Shown piece after piece: positions 55,792 to 64,000 of a stretch of DNA of 64,000 nt. Numbering within the stretch: position 1 is the first letter of the stretch; the number at the start of each line of letters is the position of its first letter. Below the pieces are notes generated by a model that did not search any database, had not been told where the DNA came from, and saw only the letters and a list, made by a program, of their open reading frames with translations. The DNA comes from the human T2T-CHM13v2.0 reference genome, Homo sapiens. A program made the translations under genes and the position numbers. The stretch lies in the NCBI RefSeq assembly GCF_009914755.1, contig NC_060930.1; one strand, 5' to 3'.

Positions 55792-57175
55792 TTGCTAGTT
55801 GAGTGACTACTGTGTGTAGTTATATATTAAGGATACATCAGTGAACAAGTTTTTTTGGCAATAAGATACTATTTTAGAAAATGATAGATGATGCCAGTGT
55901 CAGCTGGAGGTGCTTAACTCCAGATTAATGATATTGAGGCATCTGCCTTTGCAACTCTGAAATGTAATCTGTGGATAAACACAAATCCTCCAATCAGAAT
56001 AGCAAGGATTTGATTGACTTTCATTTTCAAATATATGACACTTATGAATCATATTCATAGTACTCTTGCCTTTCCTTTGCTTATAGTTTAAAGTAGAAAG
56101 CTGTAACCTTTTAGATGTGTTTGATTATAATTAAAGCTTTTCATTGATTTTTATTAGAGTGTAAACTACATGCCTAGTTTCTTTGTGAATTGTTGAATAG
56201 CAGGTTACAAAAGAAGAACTGGCCTGGGTTTTCTAATTTATGTTAGCTCTGAATAAGAGCTGTTAAGAAGATACCTTGAATTTACATCTAGCTACACGTG
56301 AACCGAAGACACAGTATAAATGCTTTGGACACTGACTCCTGGCCTTTGAGAGTTGATAACTTCCCAAAAGGAGTCATACTACACAGTTTTGCACTGGTTT
56401 CTGGCGAAATTTGCTGTTTAATGATCATAATTTTAAAGGCCTTTTATTGCCCTCAACAAATGTAACCTCATGACAGATAGCCTTTTAAGAATATATTTTG
56501 AAAGAGATGATGACCAGTTGTCATTAGGAGACAAGTAGAACTGATTTATATTTTTTGTGTCAAGCCACTTAAAGAAATGTATCATATTTTCTTTGGAAGC
56601 TTCTTGATAAGATAAAAGTCTAGCTTTTCATCTTCATGTGAATTCACCCTTGAGAACTGCTGCCCATCATTTCTGCATTCCATTCTAGTGACTTTTCTTC
56701 CTGTAGAAACTACACTCTACATTCTAACTTGGGGATGCTTTATTTCTTTATTTGGACTACTATTTAGAATTGCTTACATATGCATTTTATGGTGTGTTAT
56801 TGCAAAAGAGCCTGTGCAGGCCTGTAACGGACCAGCACAGTAGGAACCACTTTGAAAATTTGACCTTAAATACCACATACATGTCCATTCTTTAACAAGT
56901 TGTTTAAAAACAAAAACAACAGAACTACATTGTTTTTAGGCTTTGGTAGAAGCAATTTACTGCAAGTCCATTTGCAGCAACAAAAATGTCTGACTAAAGA
57001 CGCAAATTTTTATTGAGAAGTATGTTTTACTTAAGTGTAAATCAAAACTCTAGTCTTAGATGAAGGAGAGTAGGCATGGATTGAACTTAGTGGTAAATGT
57101 TTAGATACATACTTGAAGATGGTAAACTTAGGGTCAGGCATACATAAGTTTGAATTAAACTTTTGCTCTGCAAAC

Positions 57176-57458
57176 TTTTTTTTTTTTTTTTGGAGATGGA
57201 GTCTTGCTCTGTCACCCAGGCTGGAGTGTGGTCACACGATGTTGGCTCACTGCAGCCTCTGCCTCCTGGGTTCAAGTGATTCTCCTGCCTCAGCCTCCTG
57301 AGTAGCTGGATTACAGGTGCGTGCTATACGCCCGGCTAATTTTTGTATTTTTAGTAGAGACGGGGTTTCACCATGTTGGTCAGGCTGCTCTTGAACTCCT
57401 GACCTTATGATCCACCCGCCTCAGCCTCCCATAGTGGCATGAGCCACCACGCGCGGCC
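57176..57458 (-). mobile_element. AluS element, antisense
   Basis: Poly-T gagatggagtcttgctctgtcacccagg...gagccaccacgcgcggcc. Confidence 0.93.
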
Positions 57459-57802
57459 GCAAACCTCATTTTTTAAAAATGAGGAGCTGTAAATATACAT
57501 AATAGAGTAGGTATTTGTTAAATACCATTGTCCATATATTTTGATTCCACAAACTCTCAAACACAGTTCTGTTAAGTCCTGCCAAATAATTTGATACTTG
57601 GACATATGGTTTGTGTTAAAAGATTCATGGTACATCCTGAGATGTGAAATTACCACTTTTTTCTCATGATACACAAACAATCCTATCTCACTAGACAGAA
57701 AAGAGAGCAAGCATTGGAGCTGGACAGACCTGTGTGGATCCTGCCTCTACCACATTTTAGCTGTTTATCTTTCTCCAGGTCACTCTATGACCCTCAGTCA
57801 TA

Positions 57803-57839
57803 ATAAAATAAAATAAAATAAATAAAATTAAATAAAATA
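57803..57839. repeat. (AAAAT)n repeat
   Basis: Read directly. Confidence 0.8.
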
Positions 57840-59958
57840 GTAGTAATAACGCTTCTTAGTGTGTGAGAATACAAAAAGGTACATATGTATATACTTGTAT
57901 GTATAAACCTATAGATACATATATGCATGAATACATGCATGCCTGCATATGCGCACAAACACTTTCAGTTCTTGGCATGAATAGATGACCCTATATTGAT
58001 GCTCAGTAAGGAATAGCTGTTACTGTTATGTTATTTATCCATCCTACACTCCCTGTTTCATTCTCTAACAGGTTGTTCTAAATCTCTATCATTCTTCTTA
58101 CATCCTTACATTCTTAGCACATCCCATTTCATTGAAAAGATCAGGGCACAACAGCCTGGATTCTTTCAACTTTACACTCTGTACCTCAGAATTTCTTGAT
58201 TAATTGTCCTTTCCTCTTGCCTAAAAACAAACTATACTTGGTTCTATCATCTCTCCTCTGCAAAACCTTGCTCTTCTCTCTCTAAGCTCTGCATTTTTCC
58301 TCTACCCAGCTTCCCCTTCATAATTCAGCATTGCTACCACATTCCTTTCTTCCTCTGGCAAAGTGGCTTTCTACGCTTCTCCTTTGGTCTGTGATCTCAT
58401 GCTTGTTACAGAGTGGCTGGGGGCAGGAACTCTTTTATTATTGAGGGACTTTTCATGTCAAAGAAAAAAAACATATATTGTGCTAAACGATTAACCTCAA
58501 ACATTACAGGCTATTTTCAGACACTGCAAGCCTTGTGGCTCAGGAGATGGAACACTATATGTGGTTGAGCTGTGAATATTCACCCAGGAAGCCATTTATT
58601 TGCTCCTGAAATTGCTTTTTATACTTTTGCCATTTAGTTTGATGCCACAGAAAGTTCACCGAAATTTTTTACATTTCAAGTCACATTTGAGTTTTTCTTT
58701 TAGTGCTTGTGAATTGCTTTAAGGAATGGAGCAAGATTTAAGTGAAATTGTAATATCCGTGAAATTTCTCAGTACTAAGGTGAAAACTGTATAATTCCAT
58801 TTGCGAGCCACGTTTAGAAAGAGTATCTTGAACAAAGATTGAAGTTTATTGTCATGATAATGACTTTTAAAGAGTAATAGATAAAACTCTCATCACTGGA
58901 AAGGACTTGATCATTTACTCTATCCCATAGAAATTCATTCTATGTAGTTGAGTTAATGTGAAAAGCCAATTTGGAATAAACAGTTTTAATATATAGAACC
59001 CTATGAGTTACTTTTTATTTTAATTTGGAAATTGAGGTAACAGCCCAGGTTTCAGCGTTTGAATTATGACGTGATAAAGCATTAATTTATAGCTCAAGAA
59101 AGTAAAATACGCCTTTATTAAAGACCTAAGCTGAACATCTTTTTGTTATCTTCAACCTGACATTTTCCTGTTTTGTTGTTCTTGAATGAATAAGATACTC
59201 AGAATCAAAATCATTATAGCTATAAAAATCATTTTACTTAAAAGAAAAATTGCCAATCTGAATAGAAGTTGAATGACACTCCTTTATGTGCTTTTGGTGA
59301 TAAATATGTATTCTTTATTCTCACACATTTTTAGTCACTAAGTGAATTTTACAGTATTGCTTTAAAAAGGGATGAGGTATCATTTTATTCTTTCTGTCAA
59401 AATAATACCTGCTAGGTGTTTTAATCATGCATTTTATTTAAAATAAATACCAAAATCAATGAAAAAGGCAAAAGCATGCATTAAAAAAATAAGTACATCT
59501 ATATAAACATCAGTTGTTTATTTTTAATTCATTAATTGGCTTTATAATAATTTTAAACGCCATAGTAATATAGTTGTCAAAATATGGACACATACATTTT
59601 CAGGTATTGTTATATCTGAGAGAACATGTTTTTATCCATATTTCAGCCATTTATATTTAATCAGATGTATAATTAATGGAGCATTCTCCACCTTATATTG
59701 TTTTAATTTTTGTCTACTTAGATTAACCTCAAAAGGCAGGCTTCTTTCGTTGTTTTTGGCATAGTCTTGCTTATTACAGAGTAAAATTATGAACATTGTA
59801 AAAATATAGAGGCCTACAGTATTTCTTCTTGAAGGCAAGCACTTGAAGCTTTCCTGTATTCATCATCCTAATTACAGTCACTCATTCAAGCAACATACCT
59901 TTATTGAGCTCTTGCTATCTGTGCAGCTGTGTTGTAAGCACTTGAGATACAGCTCTAT

Positions 59959-59988
59959 AAAACAAAACAAAACAAAACAAAACAAACA
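59959..59988. repeat. (AAAAC)n repeat
   Basis: Read directly. Confidence 0.85.
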
Positions 59989-60257
59989 GACAGGAGTCTC
60001 TGCTGTTGGTGGAACATACAAGAGGTTTATTACATTAGAGCAACACCAATTAGTCTTTAAAAACCACATGGCGTTCACATTTGCAATAATAACTTGTCAG
60101 TTTGATTTGAATTCCATTTCAATAATTGCGTGATGGGTTCTCTTCTTTGAAATTACTGTCATGTACGAGTAACCAGGTTTTCCTTGGACAAATGTGTTGG
60201 TATCAAAGTTAATGTGAACCTGCTGACTGAAGATCTTTTTTGGCCCTAATGTTTTAG

Positions 60258-60440
60258 GGTTCTCCCAACATGTCTTTCTAGAAGGGGACACGCAGCCCCA
60301 AGAGCAACTGATCAGCCAGTCATTAGGGGAAAACATCCTGCTCGCTCAAGGTCGAGTGAGCACTCTAGTATCAGAACACTGTGTTCTATGCACCACCTTG
60401 TCCCTGGAGGGTCGGCGCCACCTTCTCCGCTTCTGACAAG
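60258..60440 (+). CDS. RIMS1: RIMS1 cassette exon, 183 nt (RVLPTCLSRRGHAAP...GGSAPPSPLLT)
   Basis: gttttag|G ... AAG|gtcgct (weak donor); phase 2-2. Confidence 0.9.
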
Positions 60441-61512
60441 GTCGCTATTCAGTGTCCCCCTCAGCATTCATGTCCTGCCTCCGGGTGTTGGTGTGGTGTT
60501 GTACCTTCCTGAGCACTTGAAGCTTTCACTCATTTTGACACCATAACTTTTAATCCTTTCTTTGTGACACTTAAATCTCTCTCACATCCTCTATTACTTG
60601 CATCTATCTTCACTGTGCTGGTGGTATACTATAGTTTCTGCCAATTAGCTCTCATTGAAAATTAAATTTGGCTGTGTTATGTCCTTTCATCTGTTTGTGG
60701 CATATTCATATATAATTTTTTTAATTATGTGAAATTTTTATGATAAATTACCTGGAGTTAAATGTGTGCTTACTTTAAAAAGCATAAGAGGAAATTTTAA
60801 AAATCTTTTATATGTGTTCAGTAAAGTGTTAAGAGTGTTTTAAAGTTCTTCAGTTTGAAAAGTGTTTAAATGCCAACAGATGGAAGTCCGCTTAATCCTG
60901 GGCAGTAGTAATATATCGGCACACTTCTCAAACTTTTATTTGTAATTTTAATGCTAGCACCAGTGTATTTCATAACATATGTCCAGGATTATTTTAAATA
61001 TCTTTCAAATTTGTTCCTATTTAGAAATAAAGTACAAGTGAGTGGTAATTTATAAAAGTCTGCAGCTAGAATTCTTATCAGTTATAAATAATTCTATAGT
61101 CAATATCAATTTAAGAGTAGCAGTTTAGGCAACAGCCTTTCTTGCCTCATTTATCCATATTGTTAAGATCCAGAGGCTGTAATTAGATGTATTTGGTTCA
61201 GTACTGCCAAAACTGAATAACTTGCCCAGGTAGAACAACTTAATAGAAAGTTAATGAAAAGAAGTGAATTGGATTCTGCTCAGTTTAAGAATTCATTATG
61301 TAGAACTGTGTGTGGTGCACATTGCCCTATCTCATTTAACCCCTTTTTGTAATATTCCATTTACACATATCATAAAAAGTGTTTGATTCTGCTCCCATTG
61401 GCCCAGTGAGGGGGTTTATGTCTATTTTAATCGTAACAGAAAGGAGGAAAGATTTTTGTCAGACCACATTGGAATTTCATTGTTTCATGCCCGCTTTGCT
61501 TTTTGCCTGCAG

Positions 61513-61625
61513 AATGCACCGACAGAGAAGTCCAACACAATCTCCTCCAGCAGACACATCGTTCAGCAGTCGCAGGGGAAGACAGCTCCCACAAGTGCCA
61601 GTGAGAAGCGGCAGTATAGAACAAG
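61513..61625 (+). CDS. RIMS1: RIMS1 exon, 113 nt, carrying the RQLPQVP SH3 (RIM-BP) ligand
   Basis: gcctgcag|A ... AAG|gtatcc; RMHRQRSPTQSPPADTSFSSRRGRQLPQVPVRSGSIEQ. Confidence 0.96.
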
Positions 61626-64000
61626 GTATCCGATAAAGAGAGATCATTGTCCAAAAATCTTGGATTTGAGAACCTCCTCTATTTATACCCCTTTTATTAA
61701 ATGAATAGTATTTTGATTATATGTAGTTTGCTGCATCCTAAAAATTTGATTTTCTTACAGTTTTATCCCCAACACCTAGTGACAGTGGTTCATGGCATGC
61801 ACTCAGTTTTTGCTGAGTGAGTTTTGCTGGATGATTGAATTTTAGATGGTCATTTAACAGAAGGGATTTAGGGCTAGAAACATCTTATTCCAAAGTGACA
61901 AAGGAAAAAAATAAAATTTAAAAATCTCATTGCAATATGGCATTTTATGTGTTAAAAGAATATTTTATCTTTTAAAAGATTTTTTAAAAATTAAACACTT
62001 AATCATACTGAATCCTTTACAAATTTTTTAATTTAACTTGATTAGCAGTAGCCTATATTTTAAGTTTGATGATGAAAAAAATGACAGAACACATGTTTTA
62101 GTGTCTTCAGCAGTTCATATTGCTTAAAGATTTCCTTATTTTATGCATATATTATTTCATTTTCTGAGCAACAAAGAAAGAGAAAGAGAGAGAGAATGTA
62201 TACGGTCTGATTTTAGTAGAAACTAAATTTTCTAAACTACCTGAGCTAGATGATTTAGACACTACGTTAAAATAGTATTCTTCATGTGACCCAAAGTGCT
62301 ATCACATATCTTAGTAGATGACATGACTTGTTATCATTATTTTTTATCACATGTTTTTAATCAGGAATTTGGTAAGCAATTTACTAAAATAATTTCTACT
62401 TTGGGATTGTAATATAAATGTAGTAGAATTACTTTTAAGATATTTATTAAAAACCTTTATCCCTATGAAACAACTGAAAGGTTAACACTTTGAATATTTT
62501 TTTCAGCAGTGTTATTGTTGCTGATGGAAAACTTGCATTTCATTTTATATTGAGGGTACGGGGGTACATGTTTTTCTCACTTAATTCAAGTGATTTACTG
62601 AATGTATCACAGATATGTCAAAGATCTCAGAAGGTAAATGCATTGTTTCAAAGACTGATGTGGCATAGATTGCCATGCAGAATACTTGATTATGGAAAAC
62701 TTAGTGTAGATTTTTAAAGGTATCAACTTATTAATAGAGTAACACTGGTGTGATAAACTCTGAGTTTATATTTTTTAAAATACATTCTATTGATACTCCA
62801 TGCTTTAGTTTTCAGGGTTGCTAAAATGGTATTCATTTAGTGAATCATGAAAATATGATGCATTGTGAAACTCTGACTTTCTTTTTTAAAATCGCAGTTA
62901 ATTCATTGGAATTATTCATTGACATGTTTAACATTTTTCCTCTCCTCTCTGGGAACATTTTAAAATTATTCATAATTAATCTGGCAATAACCCAGATGAA
63001 ATTGTTTTAAAATTTATTTTTTAAAGCAAAAGTTGGTGTTTATTTAAATTATCTATTCATGAGCTCCTGTTGCACAACTGAAAGAACTACAAATGTGGGT
63101 GTTTAGTTACAAACTCGGTCTTACCGATCATATTTTGCTAAAGATTGATATTCTAAAAGTCATGTGCTCCTAAAATTCTTTGCATTTCCTTCAGTTGCAA
63201 ATAAAACATTTTATGGGTTCAAAAGCATATAAGGGTACTGCATATAACTCTCCTATAGTGAGATTCTGATTACATTATTTCTGTAGAAATAAGAATTCCT
63301 TCCACAAAATAAGTTGTATTGTATGTTGGATTTTGGTTTTTTAAAAAAGCTCATGTTCTATTGTTAATATAAATGTTACTGTTTATGATATTCATATTCA
63401 CAGTTGTCTTTCAGAGAAATCATCAATTTGTAAGGATTGAATTGAGGTGGGAAGAAGGGAATGACTACATTGGTGGAGTTACTTTGATATTTAATATGAC
63501 AAATACACTAATAAACATTTTGGTTATTTGAGTTTCCTGAAATATATGATCTTTAGAGTTATATACATACAGCTTTTAAGAAATGTGACAACAAGCATGT
63601 ATTTTATATATCTATATATATAAATGTTCTATAAATAAAAGAGACCTGGTTGGTGTTTTTTATGATATAAATATGTGCTTTAGGACTTTTGGTAAATGAT
63701 TATACCGTCTGCCATCATCTTTTTATGGTTCTATTTCAAAATGAACAGTCCACATGACAGCTTTGTTTGTCCTAAAATATGTTTAAAAAAGTAAATTTTA
63801 ATTTGATTTATGAGTTAGATAGGATTTAGCATGTTCTATTTAAGATTGATTTCATTGTTGTTCTTAAGGCTGTAGAATTATGCCATTTTATTATTTTGAA
63901 ATTACTTGTTAAACTTTAGTTCCATCTCCCATGAAGATTAATGCTGACCACAGTCTATTACAATTGGTTAAGCCCCTACTGCACTTGACTTCCTTCCCAT

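Noticed and set aside
60361-60440. In-frame internal acceptor atcag|AACACTG (66-nt form)
   Set aside because: Phase fits but there is no pyrimidine tract or branch point upstream

Overview
Primate (almost certainly human) AT-rich genomic DNA from the middle of RIMS1, the presynaptic active-zone scaffold RIM1, on the + strand. Twenty GT-AG exons from 3401 to 61625 (2172 nt) join into one uninterrupted frame encoding the PDZ domain, the C2A domain, the Arg/Ser/Pro-rich alternatively spliced linker and the RQLPQVP RIM-BP-binding motif. From memory these are about exons 7-26 of the long isoform; the gene start and end lie outside the window. Introns carry about 14 Alus, old L1/L2/MIR fragments, a MER30 and microsatellites. 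Most supplied ORFs are Alu or low-complexity noise, or exon read-throughs. I see no independent new gene or system; what is notable is the splicing architecture: eight consecutive frame-preserving phase-2 exons, a candidate 18-nt microexon (37307-37324), candidate poison exons, inverted Alus around the C2A exons, a possible intronic poly(A) isoform, two hairpins and an Alu-interrupted local duplication. Repeat subfamily calls and boundaries are by eye and approximate.
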